Numbered from the stretch's first letter, positions 37,551 to 51,942 are shown. The stretch is DNA of 63,555 bases from Octopus bimaculoides (GCF_001194135.2 NC_068985.1:32963102-33026656); one strand, 5' to 3'. A program made the numbers and translations. Notes: generated from the letters alone by a model not told the origin.

Positions 37551-39374
37551 TCAACCATACAGCCCCCCCCCCCAAGTAAAATCAGGCATGTACTGGTTAA
37601 TATATTCAAGCTTGTGGAAAACATGTACGTGATCTATAACAACAAGACATTTTATGTATTGATTCTCTTATTTTCTTCATAACACCAATGTGTTTAAAAG
37701 TTGGCATTCATTTCTTAAAGTTCCTGATTATGTATTTGTATAATATAGTAATTCAAACAGGGAAATGTAAAAATTTTCAGTGCGACACAAATAAAAAGCA
37801 ATTTGGGCTCAGCATGTTTTGGAAGTAGCATTAAACACATGTTCTTGAATTAATGTTATTTTTATGTTACATTCATAGTGGAAAATGTAACTGAAAGTAA
37901 AATAAGTGAAAACAATGGACATGACTTGGTAGAATAGAAATATAGCAATTTGATGTTTCATTCAACTAAAATGTGTTCTTCTGTTGGAACAAACTGAAGG
38001 GAAGTATAAAGACCATTTCCATACTGGTTAATTCTGTTTAAAGAAAGTACATAAATAGCTTTCTGTGTTTGCATTTACTAAGGAGTGATAGATTGAGTTC
38101 TCTGAATTCTTATGTAGCCAGTGTATGACTGAGAAGCATTGTGCTTTGTTTGGTTCAATAAGCCAGAGAACAACAGTGAACTACCAAAACTCCACTGCAT
38201 ATATGGAGGTCACTACACTCTCTTCATTATAACTCATGACTTTACATCATTATTATTAAAGAGGAGTGGAAATTGTAGAGCATTGGACAAAATGTTGCAT
38301 AGAATTTAATTTCATTGTTTTAAATACAAAGTTAACATTCTATCTTGGTTGACCTTGCTTTCCATTTTCTGGGGACAGTGAAGTAAGTACTGAGCATTAA
38401 GTAGGTCATTCAATTAACTTGATCTCTTCTTCATTAAATATTGCTCTTGTGCTAATAAGACAAATCAATATAGTATGATGGAGTAACAAGAAATTGTAGT
38501 GCAAGACTAAAACATTTTTGATAGTTATTTATGTCTTTTTATGTTCTGAGATCAAATCTGCCAAAGTTGATAAATTAAGTGCTAGCCATATATTGTTTAT
38601 TCAACTAACATTCCATACACTGCAAATTTGGGACCTGTTTGTTCTCCGAGATATCAGTATAATTATTTTTATTGTTGTTGTTTTGATGATTGTACTGCAA
38701 AGATATATTCTCTTTTTAAATTTATTCTGCTACATACTTTTCATTTTTACTTAGAACTGCTGGCACTTTCACTAACATTATATAGGTATTGATGATACGC
38801 CTACCAATTTCTTCTTTCCTAAGACTTTGTGACTACTTGATGAAGTATAAATGTTATCTTCAACTCCAGAGCTTCATAAATATAGTGCTTAGGCCGAGAT
38901 TAAGTTACATAAAGAATTTTTTTAAATGATGAATCTTCCTTGAATAAGTTACAATCTATCACAGATATCATCGAAAGTTTTGTACTACCATGACCTCTCC
39001 AAAGACACAATGAAGTACCTATAGAAAGCTACTCATTGTTAATAAAATGCACGTTTTAGTTATACAATCTGTTACCTGCAAGAGACAGTATAGGATTAAA
39101 ATAGTTATCTACATATACTTAATGTAAATACATTGTTGAAAGATAAATTTACTGTAGTATTTGCCCAGAGATATTATTTCTTATGAATGTGCTGTGTTTA
39201 AAAACACAATATATTATCAGAAGATGAAAGCCATCTCAGCAGCCACATGTGGCTGACTGTAGGTACATACTGTTGACAATGTCCATTGAGGCAGAAATAC
39301 ATCTTGTTTTCTGGCTAGCTGCTGCTGAGACAATTTTCATTTCCCTCCAATATATATATATATATATATATATA

Positions 39375-39973
39375 TTTTTATGTACTACTATTAGTTTCAT
39401 GCAATGAGAGCATGCCAGACAGTATTTTTTAACACGTCTGGTGTCTCAGCGCAGTCTTCAGGCATTGCCTATATGGCATAACAAACTAAAAATAGGATGA
39501 TAAGATGAGAGAAAAAGCAAGAAAATAGATTTAAAAGGCAGAAGGTTGGAAAACCAGAAAATGAAAAAGAAAAACAGAAAGAAGCAAAAGGGGAATTAGT
39601 TATTTCTCCTTCAGTAGTTGTAAGCATATCGTTAAGTTCCTGTTGATGAATTGGAAAGTACCACTCTCTCTGAATTGAAAATCTATACTGCTGACTCTAA
39701 GGCACTATCTTTTCAGCCTTTCCTCTTTACGATCAAAGAGGAAATAACTAATCCCCACTCCCTTGCTTTTTTTCTGTTTCCTTTTTCATTTTCCAGTATT
39801 TCAACCTTCTGCCTTTTATATCTACTTCTTTCTCACTTTTTTTCTCATCCTATCATCCTATTTCCAGTTTGTTATGTGAGCAGTGCTTGAAGATTGTGCT
39901 GAGACACCAGGCATGTTAAAAGATACCGTCTGGCATGCTCTCATTGCATAAAACTAATAGTAGCACATAAAAA
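39375..39973. mobile_element. Fold-back / MITE-like element with arms of about 235 bp
   Basis: 39375-39610 is the reverse complement of about 39736-39973 (roughly 80% identity by eye, many transitions), with a spacer of about 125 bp. Confidence 0.88.
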
Positions 39974-39984
39974 CATATATTGTG

Positions 39985-40290
39985 TTTATCAAATAATATT
40001 TATCTCTCACCTTTTTTGTTGATCTCAACATCATGGAACACTACACTATGTATGTGAGTTTAGAGGGATATATTATCCAGGCAGATACTTGGTAGCTCTC
40101 GGTTATGTCCCAGGTTATGCCTAACCACATTGCATTTTTAAATACAGCATATCCGTAAGAGATCTCATCTCCAGATAAATGGCCACAGTAAATTTGCCTT
40201 TCAGTGATGTGTTTATATTAAACATGATACATAGATGGCTAATTGTACAATATTTGTAATAAACAAAAGGTGAGAAATTATATTTAAATT
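39985..40290. mobile_element. Probable second MITE-like element with diverged TIRs
   Basis: tatctctcaccttttttgttgat (about 40001-40023) against ataaacaaaaggtgagaaattata (about 40259-40282), inverted. Confidence 0.45.
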
Positions 40291-42479
40291 TTAATATAAT
40301 TTCAAATTGGTTTTCTTAATATTGGGATTTCAAAGTGCTAACATACTGAATAAAAAGTAAATGCAACTATTAACAAAGAAAATGACTTGTGATATTTTTT
40401 CAGTGTTCAATGAAGTATAAAATGTGCTGTGTTCTTTAATGCTTTTTCAAGTCACTTCACATTTTTAGCTATTTTGATTCATCCTTGTCAGGCATTTTTA
40501 GGTATTAACTTTTCAATATGAAATGCATTTGTCCATGAGGGAATGCTGCAGGTTTTGATCAAATGTATGTGCATTTGTCAGAATAGTTCTGGCAAGTTAA
40601 CAGCAACTTCACTAAAATGCCTACTTGCATTATTTTAATATCATCACACTTTTAATGTCAGGGGAGGGGTAGTTTTTCAAACAGTTTCCTACTTGGGTTT
40701 CATTGCTACTGTACGTTTACTTCTTCAATCTCAGTTTCTACAAACATGTAATACTTATGGAAAGAAAAGAGAAATGGAAAATCAAAAATATTTTAAGCTT
40801 AATGCTAAAAGCAAGATTTTTTTTTATATTATTGAAATTTTTTGTATCTTAATTATAAAATAAATAATATAATTTTGTTTTCAAAATAATATATTGTGAG
40901 ATTGCCATTTTCACTCTTTTGTTTAAAAATAAAATCTCACTTTTCTTACTCATTTGGTGTCTATTGAAGAAAAGATTTTCCTGTTTGTGAAACAGCAATT
41001 TTAAATATAATCCTAGCTTTATTAATAAATCTTTAATCTGCAGCTTGTAGTTTTAAGATTGCTGAGAGAGTGTAGTCTTATATAAACATATGCACACACA
41101 CACATCCATAAAGCAAAGTGTGTGTGTGTGAGTGTGTGTAATACAATGAATACTAATAAAAAGTTATGCAAGTGCATGCATCCTGTGAACTTGAGAATAA
41201 TGCCAACATTGACAGTGAGTGTAGCTTCTCTAAGACAAGTGGCTGATAATTACATCATGTTTTAAAGGTTATACCTTTGCAATCCAAGAGATAGCTGCAA
41301 GATATTTTTTCAATGAAAAGAGGTAGTTAAGCCATTAAGCCCCAAGGAGTAACTGAAAATTTTGACAGTACTACCTTTCTTTACAGGATATAAAACATAT
41401 AATCAGCGGTTACCTCAAAATGTCAAGGTATTATTTTCCTTTGAGGCATTATGTTATTGCGAAAACAATATGTTATCTGTCGGAAAGATTGCCCACAGGG
41501 TGTGGTGTCAGATTTTTATCAATATAAACACAATAGACTCAATAGTAATCTAAGATAGAAGAAAACAAAACTTCTGACGTTGTGGAAATTAGCTCTTTAA
41601 CAGATAGATGTAAGAATCTAAATAAATAAATAAATACTTTAGAAATTACAGATACTATACTCTGATTATCATTTAATGTTCCTATCTATAATTATTATTG
41701 CACTTAACTATGATAGCAAAAGTTTAAACAATAACCTTAAAACCTAGAGGTTCTTGATCAAAGAATAGAAACATTTAATATGTTCTACTACTTCTATCAG
41801 GGTATCAGAGAAGTAAAAATATGCAAAACTTTTCTAAAGTTCATTAAGCAATTCTACAGAGGATTTGTTTTTTAAGGACTGGTTCCTGCTTTATTGGAGA
41901 AATTTCAAGATTGAAAATAAGACAAATTTACATAAATACGGTTTGGTATGTTCCCAAGTCATTGCCATGTGATAAAATACATCAGTTGCACCACCTCCTA
42001 TGTGATGGCTATAAGATATTCAGGAAAAAAACTTGCGATACCACCTATAGAAAGGTAAGATATGTACCATATCTTTGGAATTAAAGAATATTGGTGAAAT
42101 ATATGAAAATATGTTAATGCACAATATTAGCACTCAGTTTGGTGAATCTGAATGCAGATTATACATATCTACTTACAGATATATGAACACAAACATGAAG
42201 CCAAGTTGACACATTTTTTGTTTTATTTAAATCCCATTGACATAATTAAAATGGGATTTCTAAAATCTGAGCAATCCAATAGGAACTTAGCTTTTTTTTT
42301 TATAGAGCTCACTTTCTTTTTCATAATACATGTTAGTTTCATGAAAGAAATATTACGTTTAACTTCAGTCTTATGACTAGTCACAATATTTTGCGTCAAT
42401 AGTATTTCTAATTTATTTACATTTGACACTATTTTCCAATTGTTTAAAAGAAACATACCTAGTTTTTATTATTTAACTG

Positions 42480-42710
42480 TGGCAGTGAATTAACTCAGAA
42501 CATCAAATAAAATTCTTTGTGATATTTATTTCAGTTCTTTACATTCTAAATTCAAATTCCACCAAGGTCAACTTTGCCTATCAGCCTTTGATCTTTCCAG
42601 GGTTGATAAAATAAGCCCTAGTCAAGTACTGGAATCAATAAAATTGATTCCTCCTCCTCTCCCCAATAATTTTTGTCTTTGTGCCTATGTTAGAAACAGT
42701 TTTCTCCTTA
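42480..42710 (+). mobile_element. SINE family B, old copy
   Basis: ttcaaattccaccaaggtcaactttgcc...ggttgataaaataag. Confidence 0.75.
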
Positions 42711-43199
42711 TTATTACTCATCAACAGTCAAAATTTTTATATCTGTTAGGATCTGACTAATATTTTGAACAGTGATACATATATAAGCCAGAACTTTTTC
42801 TGTATAATGACAATCACTTACATGAATTAATATTATTGAATATATTCCAAAATTATATTATGTTGATAAATCATAGTATCAGATTTGTTTATCTGATTGT
42901 TTGTGCTATCAATTCAATATAGAACATTCCCATATCACTTTCTTCATCACCAAAAAACAAATTGACTTTATTTATTTATTTAGCTGTTTCAGTACAATTT
43001 TAGCTAATTATAATGGTTGTATGACCAGCTTAAGGGTTACTGAGTAATGAAACTGGTAACTGCATATTAAGAATCAAAGTTTATATACATGTACACACAG
43101 ACACATAAATAAATATTCATTTATTCAAATCTGCATGAGAGAGAGAACAAGCAAGGAGGGGTTTGGGAAAAGATGAATAATCAATAGAGAAATAGATAC

Positions 43200-43560
43200 T
43201 AGTATAATGGTGGAAGGGTTACTGCTGGCAGTTTTCAGGTCTTGCAAAACCTGTAATCTGATATCGGCATGCATGGCACAATACCAGTTCTCTGACATGT
43301 GGCCATCTTCCAGGTGCTGTAACAGGCAATTAAAGGGAATTCTTTCAAAGATCTTGTAAGTGATGTCAAGACAATGACTGTCTATGGTTATCACAGAAAA
43401 TTTTCTTTTCTTTCTACATAGGTAGGCAATGGAGGCAGCTCGAGCATACCTCCAGCGTCTGCCTCTGTAAAATAGTCAGTAAAGGATAGTAAATTTCTGT
43501 ATTGTACCAAGGTTGGAAAGAGTTGTGGAAGAGTTGATAAAGTGTTTAATGTACATCAAA
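43200..43560 (-). mobile_element. Decayed RTE-type RT fragment
   Basis: CDNHRQSLS / ITYKIFERI...LLQHLE, compared with CDNHRGISLLSIxxKIxxRI. Confidence 0.58.
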
Positions 43561-46174
43561 CATATATCAGTTTCACATGCCTCTATACAAGAGACTATCT
43601 GTGTAGTGGTCACATCCTACACTCTTAAATAAAGAGCACACTGAAGGATGTAGTCTTTGATATATACTAAGAGACGAGATGGCCATGGGTAGAAAACTTT
43701 TGTTCATAGGGTTGCCCAGTCAGGGTACAACTAATACCTTTGCTGCAATTTTGAGAGGTTATGAGAAAAGTTTGGTTGTCCAGACAAGATCATGAACATC
43801 ATGTATCAATCTTATGTTAGATTGTTTGCTAAAGCATCTGTGGATAAATATTTACTGTTTTTCTTGTAACTAAAATAATGAAACCAAGTTTCATGCTCAC
43901 ATAATCTTTAAGGTAGTTATAATTCTTAGCATGTCCTTACTGCAATGAGAAAAATAATTTTTGCCAACAAGAAATTTATCTTCAGAGAGAAGAAAAGTAG
44001 AATGCAGAAAGGATGAATGATTTTCTGTATGGATAGACTATCTAATACTGTCTATGAATTTAGGAAGAATAAATGCAGTGAAGTATATGTCATAAATTTC
44101 TATGAAAGAAACATGAAAGTATGTCACATTTCTACAAAAGACACCCCCCACAGTGCAAATTTTACTCTCATTATATTTATAATGAGAGTAAAATTTTTGG
44201 AAAGAATACTTCAGAGTAAAACATTTGATTTTGTTGAACCCCCACCTCTGTACACACACAGCTCTCTCTTTCTCTTTTTCTTTCTCTCTCTCTCTCTCAT
44301 GCACACGTTTTATCATGAAAAGGTGTCTAGTGTGAAATGCAGTTTAAATAGTAATTGAAGATCAAAGTCAAAGCTTGCTAGACATGAACACACACACACA
44401 CACACAATTATATTTTAATAAACTAGATTAAAACAGATCATAAGTTAATTGTTATTCAACTCCAAGTCAACCTTGATCAAGCAATCTTAAATCAAAAGCA
44501 GTCTGGCCATGATCCTGCTCATCTTTTTTGCAAATGTATCATTTAATGTGTCCTTTGTTTTTAAGATGGCAGACTGTGGTAGTGGTGGTGGAATTTGGCT
44601 GCTATTTCTAACAAGTTGACTGATTGCATAGAGGCTCCATCATTGATTCAAGCAGATTAGAATTTACCAAAATAAATGAATAAATAAAATATTAGAATCA
44701 GACTTTAACCAAAATATATAGAACAAATAGAGCAAATATTCAAATCAGCCAAGTTGAAACATCCTATCTACTCTTGCATAACCTTTCTTTGTGTAGCAGA
44801 AGCTATTCTTTTAATCTGTTTTAAATATCATTATCTTTTCCCTCTATTTTTCGTTTTACATTTACACTTTAATGTTGGCATGATTTAGGATAAGTCCATA
44901 AATGTGAATACTTCTCTGTATGTTTGGTGCCATGGTTATATGGCTGTATGTTCTTTTATAATCATCCCATCAACTGGCAAGTTGATGCAAGTGCAGAGAT
45001 GACAATTTGGTACTTTGTAATAATATGGTTTTTAATATTTGTGCACACTAAATTTTAGTTTTCAATCCTCATACTCTTGCCATTGGGAACATTTAAAATC
45101 AATTCATATTAGCTAGACCCCTTCTTGTTGAATTTAAGCATGTTTAACCTTGTTACTTCATTCAGTATCCTAAAGTATTAGCTAATCTGAAATTTTAAAT
45201 TTTTCAAGATTTTTCATTCTTCTTTCTTAGTTAAATTTTTTCATTGTTCTCTTTCTTGCTTTCAATGTATTCTTTTCTCTCTGACTTTAGGTTTTCTTGA
45301 TTCAGAAAGATATTATGGAATTAAATGGAGAAAAATGCTAAAAACAATATCAAGTACTAAGCTACTGATATTTTATCTCTACAAACAATTTTCTTTGCCC
45401 TATTACATGCATAGTGTAACAGCCTCTTTAGTGTTTTTTTAAAATCTTTTTTGTGAATTTATGTCAACCGTAAAAGTATATGAAAGCTAAAAAATCAAAC
45501 ATGGATCTTTTCAAAACTCCAGTTTCTTTTGGTAAAATAAGAAAAATAATATGGCAATTTCCTTATTAAATTCAGTAAAATGCTTTTTGATTAAAAAGTA
45601 CTTTTAAAGTTAAATTTCTTATTATTTTGTAACGTTATAAACAGAATTAATTTCCTTTATAATATACAACAGTTGACAGTCTTGTCTAGTATTGCCTAAA
45701 CTTCAACACCACCATCATCATTTCAACATGAATTTTCCATGCTAGCATAGCTTATAGCAATCTCATTTGTTCACTTAATGAATTTACAAAAGTGTTTGCT
45801 CACCACATCCCATATATAACCTGAAATTTTGATTGAATTTCATTTTTTTTAATGTAGTTATTTTATTCTTATAAAAATAGCTTTTTATGTGGAGAAGTTT
45901 AGTTTGAATACTCTTTACATTCATATATATTGCATTAATCTGTTCCTTATTCATGTGTACTACCTGAATTTGCTTGTGTATTTGGCTACTTCATATAAGC
46001 CTATCTTTTGTTATTTTACATTATATTGGCAGTGGCCAAGTGTGCAAGGTACCACTTTCTAAGCTAACAATCTGTATTCATATCCCATGGCTGGTTCTGT
46101 GTTGTGTACGAGAAAAGACACTGAACATCCTTTGCCCCACCTACATGATAGTAGAACAAGTTGGAAATGTAAAG

Positions 46175-46248
<74 letters not shown>

Positions 46249-47696
46249 TGTTGGATTGATGATGAATTAATTAGAAATTGTTTAGATAGCTAAAATAACG
46301 CTCCATTCATAGGAACTACTTGACATAAGATTTCCTTTCTTCATTTACAATTACTTCTTGACCACAATCTTTTCATATTTATTACCCTTATAAATAATTG
46401 CATCTGATCTTACTGGAATCTACCAGTTAGCTAAGGTAGGGTCTCAGTATTTAGTGATATTTCCTCAGTCAAATTAAATCATAAATCACTACAGGAAATT
46501 AAGGCAACTTTTGTTAGGATTCCATTGACTATTGAAATACTACCCAATATATTGCTATAAATATACAGAATATAACACAAAATAGTATAAAGTATTGGGT
46601 AAACTCCTGGCAATACTAATAAATATCCATAACCATTCATTATTTCCTTTTAAAGCCATTTCACTTCACTTAAGCTAAAGTATTTAAAAAAAAAAGCATG
46701 TATATTACAACTACACACCTTCTTGTGTCAGTGATAAGACACAAACAAGTAAAGTCATAAGAGAAATAGAAACAATACAATTCAGTTAGCTTATAAGTCA
46801 ATGAAAAGGAGAGTGGAGACTAAAACAAAGCTGGAACGAAGACTTGAGACAAATATAGATGAGTAGAGAGATTGGACAACACTCAGTTTAACAAAATAAA
46901 AATGTTACTTTCTACCACTATATGAAAATTTTTGTGATCAGGCAGACTTAAGTCATTTCTAATCATAATAAGGGAAGAATATTTTTGAATGCTAGTATTA
47001 TTTTACTCTTTAAGGTTATCAAAACAACACTATACTAAACATATATCATTAAGGTTTTGTTCATGACTGTATAACAGGTTCAGTAATGATCCAAGAGGCA
47101 TACACTCAAGTATTTTAGACTAAATTCCTTTTGTTATTTGACCATATGAGCATGCATACATATTCATGCACACACAGTATATAAAAGTAGTATTATAAAC
47201 AAGTCAGTGGTAGTATATTTGATTTCGTCTATCTTTCTGGTAATCTTTAGTAGAACTAAAATAACATTCTGCTGAGTCAATAATACAGGACTTTGATTCT
47301 TTATTTGGCATCTACCCACTTCTATTCTTATAAGGTTCAGGAGAAAACCAGAAAATAAAACTTAGGAACTCCAATCATGGAATGAGAAAAGTCAGAACTT
47401 GTTGAAAGACAAACTGGCATCTGTCACTCAGCTGCTGAATGTTAGCATTATATTTGGTGTATTTGGAGAGAATACTAACCATAGAAAGATTATTCCAGAT
47501 TATAATGCTGTGATAGAAAGTGGATTTGAGTTGGAGAATGAAGAAATGATCCTTGATTATATCAGTACTATAAGTATAGGATTGAAAGTATTGTTTTCAA
47601 TGTAAATGTCTGATTGATTATTTGTTTAGTTGGTTGGTTGAGCAAGTGAATTATTTCCTCTCTAGAACTGAACTTTTGACACCTAACTTAAATTAA

Positions 47697-48312
47697 ATGT
47701 TGGGTTGTCAAATGAATAATTTTTTCATTTATTTTAGTCTTTATTTTTCGTCAACAATTTTAACAAATCAGCCAGTAATATATTCTACTTCATTATTCAC
47801 AACTTCTAGCCAATGTTTCACTAACTTGTCAATGCCTTCACAGTAGAAATAATTGGCTCATGAATCAATGAATTCATCAAGCCATATTTTGAGGTCCCTC
47901 ATTGTTGAACAAAATGCTTTACAGGCTGTTTGAGAGTGGCTGAAAAAGATGATATTCTGAAGAAGTTATATCAGGAGAATATGATAGGTGTGTCAGAACT
48001 TCCCAACCAAATTCTTGAATAGCATTTTTGGTCAAATTAATGATGTTGGGACTGGGATTTGTCTGTTGTGTTCAGAGCATATGACCACCATGCATCAAGG
48101 TTTTGGACCTTACCCATCAAGTGAAAGTAATGGGGGACAATATCATAAAAACATACTACTTGCTGGGCCAATTCCTTTGTGGATTGGTGCATATCCTCAT
48201 GGATGAACTTGTTCAACTGATCCTCTTTGAACTGAACAAATCAGCTGAAATACAGAAAGTCTGAAGTGTGAAAACCATTTCTGTGCAGTTTTTTCAGTAA
48301 TAGCACCTTCCC
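47697..48312 (-). mobile_element. Internally deleted mariner relic
   Basis: GEGAITEKTAQKWFSHF and MGKVQNLDAW, joined directly to TKNAIQEFGWEVLTHLSYSPDITSSEYHLF. TIR-like ttgggttgtcaaat at the left end; 5' end cut by the RTE piece. Confidence 0.82.
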
Positions 48313-48315
48313 CGT

Positions 48316-48725
48316 CACCATCATTTAATATTTGTTTTCCATGCTGGCATGGGTTTGGATGGCTCGACAGGAACTGGCAAGGCCAGGAGTTGCATCAGAT
48401 TCCATAGTCTGTTTTGGCTTGGTTTCTACAGTTAGATGCCTTTCCTAATGCAAGTCACTTTACAGAATGTACCAAGTGCTTTTTATATGGCACCAGTACC
48501 CACACTAATACTTTTTACGTTGTATCTTAGTTTCAAGATCTCAATTCTGTTGTGGTGGGCGGGTCTTCTTGAATACAGCAATGCACCAGATATCTCATCC
48601 TCTGTTGTGTCCTTCATAAGGCTCAGCATGTTTTCCTGAGTCTCCCTCTTCCACAACTTTCCTCCACTTTCAGTGATTGACATTTTTTTATGCAACTGTC
48701 CTCATCCATCTACATCACAGAACAC
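48316..48725 (-). mobile_element. RTE 3' end, older copy
   Basis: catcatttaata...ttccatgctggcatggg...agatgcctttcctaatgc, followed by a remnant of the ORF end (ctgtcctcatccat). Confidence 0.8.
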
Positions 48726-49324
48726 AAATATCTCAGGGGACTTTGGCAGCTCTGGAGCCTTGCTTGAAAGCAAAGAAAAGCAGGTGTTGAAAATGCTCAT
48801 TTTTATCTACTTGGTATTCCACTAACATACATCTGAAAAGAGGCAAAAATTTATTCAAATTTAAAGAACAATAAATAAAAAATTATAGAGGAGGAATAGA
48901 GTTACAAAATTTTTTTTTTTAAATGGTCATAAAACACTGATAAGAGTATTTTTGCGTTAATTCAAATAAGATAGGAAAAAATGAAAAAATTTATCTGATG
49001 ATTTAATACCTAAAGCTTAAAAGTTAAAAGATAATTATCCTAAAGCCTTGAAAATCTAAATTTATAACTTTGTAACTTAATCACAAACATGATATAACTG
49101 CAACATCAATTGAATCACTTAAAATTTAATAGAAAGTCAACTTTTTAAATATTTTCTTAAAAAATCTAGTGCTGTAATAACATTCAAATTTGTGGCCAGT
49201 AACAGTAGAATCATCAGTTGGAGTGATCAGTAATGACTTGTGTGTTTATCAGTATTTGTTTAAGTAAAATTATGTTATCTTTTCATTTGTCACAACTACG
49301 ACTATGAAAGTAACATTCATATAT

Positions 49325-49485
49325 ACATGCAGCAATGGCTGTGTGGTAAGAAGCTTGCTTCCCAAATACAAGGTTCTGAGTTCAGTCCCACTGTATGGCA
49401 CCTTCGGCAAGTGTCTTCTACTACAGCCTCAGGCTAACCAAAGCCTTGTGAGTGGATTTGATAGATGGAAACTGATAGAAGCCTG

Positions 49486-49549
<64 letters not shown>

Positions 49550-50035
49550 NNNNNNNNNNNNNNNNNNNNNNNNNNNNNNNNNNNNNNNNNNNNNNNNNNN
49601 NNNNNNNNNNNNNNNNNNNNNNNNNNNNNNNNNNNNNNNNNNNNNNNNNNNNNNNNNNNNNNNNNNNNNNNNNNNNNNNNNNNNNNNNNNNNNNNNNNNN
49701 NNNNNNNNNNNNNNNNNNNNNNNNNNNNNNNNNNNNNNNNNNNNNNNNNNNNNNNNNNNNNNNNNNNNNNNNNNNNNNNNNNNNNNNNNNNNNNNNNNNN
49801 NNNNNNNNNNNNNNNNNNNNNNNNNNNNNNNNNNNNNNNNNNNNNNNNNNNNNNNNNNNNNNNNNNNNNNNNNNNNNNNNNNNNNNNNNNNNNNNNNNNN
49901 NNNNNNNNNNNNNNNNNNNNNNNNNNNNNNNNNNNNNNNNNNNNNNNNNNNNNNCATGCGGCTAAAATTTCAAGGTGGTTCCCCAGCTTGGCCACTGTCT
50001 AGTGACTGAAACAAGTAAAAGATATATAAATGCAT
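49325..50035 (+). mobile_element. SINE family A spanning the gap at 49550-49954
   Basis: Head gcaatggctgtgtggtaagaagcttgcttccc...ggttctgagttcagtccc (tRNA B-box-like) and core before the gap; tail after it. Confidence 0.82.
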
Positions 50036-50074
50036 ACATACATACAAAAAAAAAAACAGAGACAGGTGAAGCAC

Positions 50075-50219
50075 AGATGTGGCTGTGTGATTGAAAAGTT
50101 TGCTTCCCAACCACATGGTTTTGGGTTCAGTCTTTGAGTGTCTTCTACTATAGACATGGGCCAACCTTGGCCTTGTGAGTGAATTTGATTGACAAAAGCT
50201 GAAAAGAAGCCCATCATGC

Positions 50220-50267
<48 letters not shown>

Positions 50268-50490
50268 TGTGTGTATGTTTGTGTTTCCTCATCTTAATGT
50301 TGCATGATAGTTGTAATGAGTGTCACTGTCATAGAAGCAGTATCATTTGTTTCCAATATTCAGCAAAAGCTTGACTTGTTTGGAAACCAGCAAGAAGAGC
50401 ATCTAGACATAGAAAATGTGTCTCAAAAAACTCCATCTGACCAATGCAAGCATGGAGAAGGAGATATTTAAACAATGATGATAATGATGA
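50075..50490 (+). mobile_element. SINE family A' (family A head, RTE-type tail)
   Basis: Family A head and core, (GA)n, then tctgaccaatgcaagcatggagaagg...aaacaatgatgataatgatgat. Confidence 0.8.
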
Positions 50491-50754
50491 TACATTTCTT
50501 GAGCTTCAGGTAAATGCTGATGCGTTAGCAATAGCTATTAGTAATTCTCTTTTAATATCTGTTTTTGCATCACAGAGAAGAATACAGTCTTATTCTTACA
50601 CTATTTTGTAGTCTCTTTATAACATTAAGGGATCGTTATTGTTTCCTACATTTTTCACAGAAAAAAAAAAAAATCAAAATTACTGTATATAAAGCTTCAA
50701 CAATAGTAAATCAATTAATGCATTGTAATTCAATTATTAAAGCAGCCTTTGAAG

Positions 50755-51035
50755 CCATCCATCCATCTTCTTCACCCACTATTCGTGAGTAGGTCTTGGC
50801 AGTAGTCCTCAGGCACCTTCTCCATAAGATCCTATCAGAAACAACTCATTAGACTTTCCAACTGGATTCCCAAGCATGACCAACTGAAACTATGAATATT
50901 GTCCAACCATCTCATGCTCTGTCTACCTTTAGGTCTCTTGCTGGATGGTTCAGCTTGAAGAATTTGTATTGCGATTTTGTCCTGCAACATTCTAATCACA
51001 TGTCTGTTGTACCAAAGCTGTGACCTCTCCATGCA
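50755..51035 (-). mobile_element. RTE-type LINE 3' end of a second family, decayed
   Basis: ERSQLWYNRHVIRM...KRPKGRQSMRWLDNI...WSCLGI, ending in a (GATG)n-like tail. Confidence 0.75.
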
Positions 51036-51910
51036 GGAGCAATATAATAAATATCAAGAGATCTCTATCAAGTACTTCCCAGAAAAAAAAAAAAAAAATC
51101 ATCTGTATTTCAGTTTGGTAATTGTGATAATTGTCTATTAGTCTTTCCCAATAAAGATGTGAAACATAGCTTGAGTAAAAATAAAAAGAATATTTAGGCC
51201 ATGGCTACACCCTTAATTATCTTTCTTGAAGATTGATGTCATTTGAAGAAATTGTTATCTTCTACACATGGAAAAACATAAATTTCATTTTTAAATTGTT
51301 TTGTTTTGAAAAGGAAGTTCTATTTTGCAGAATATATTTAACAAATAATTGAAGTTTTAATTGCATTCAAGTCATGATCATGAGTTATGATAATGATAAT
51401 AGCTGAATAAATTAATGAATGGAAAGAAGATGGAGAAATTAATCAGTTGACTATATTAGTATATTTATTCACTAATTCACTAGTGAATTACTTTTGCCAT
51501 GTTTATCTTTCTTACTAGAATTGATATTCATCAGATACAATAATCAAGTTTTTCTTAACTGTATATAGTATATATATTATGTTCATTATGCTAACATTGT
51601 TTCACCTTTTCAAAGAAAATAAAGACCAGTTATTCTCCTGTGAATTTATTCATTACTGGTTTCAGTTATTGTACTGTGACCATGATGGGGGTCATTGCCC
51701 TTTGTGGTATGCGTGATTACACTGCTCCTCCCTCCCCCACCTCAAAAGTGAAAAACAAAATGGACGTGAGCCAGATGAAGATTCAGAACAAAAGATGTAA
51801 CTAAATATCAGATATTTTGCTCATCACTTTCTCAACTCTATATTGCAATTTCTTGCTAACTTACAGCATCCCTATTGAGTCATTATCTTCCTTTTTACAC
51901 TTGAACTGCC

Positions 51911-51942
<32 letters not shown>

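Noticed and set aside
41840-42075. Open stretch ending at an AAG|GTAAGA donor (…CDGYKIFRKKTCDTTYRK)
   Set aside because: No good acceptor, and only vague resemblance to transposon proteins.
47399-47605. 68-aa ORF MLKDKLAS…
   Set aside because: No motif, and no consistent splice sites.
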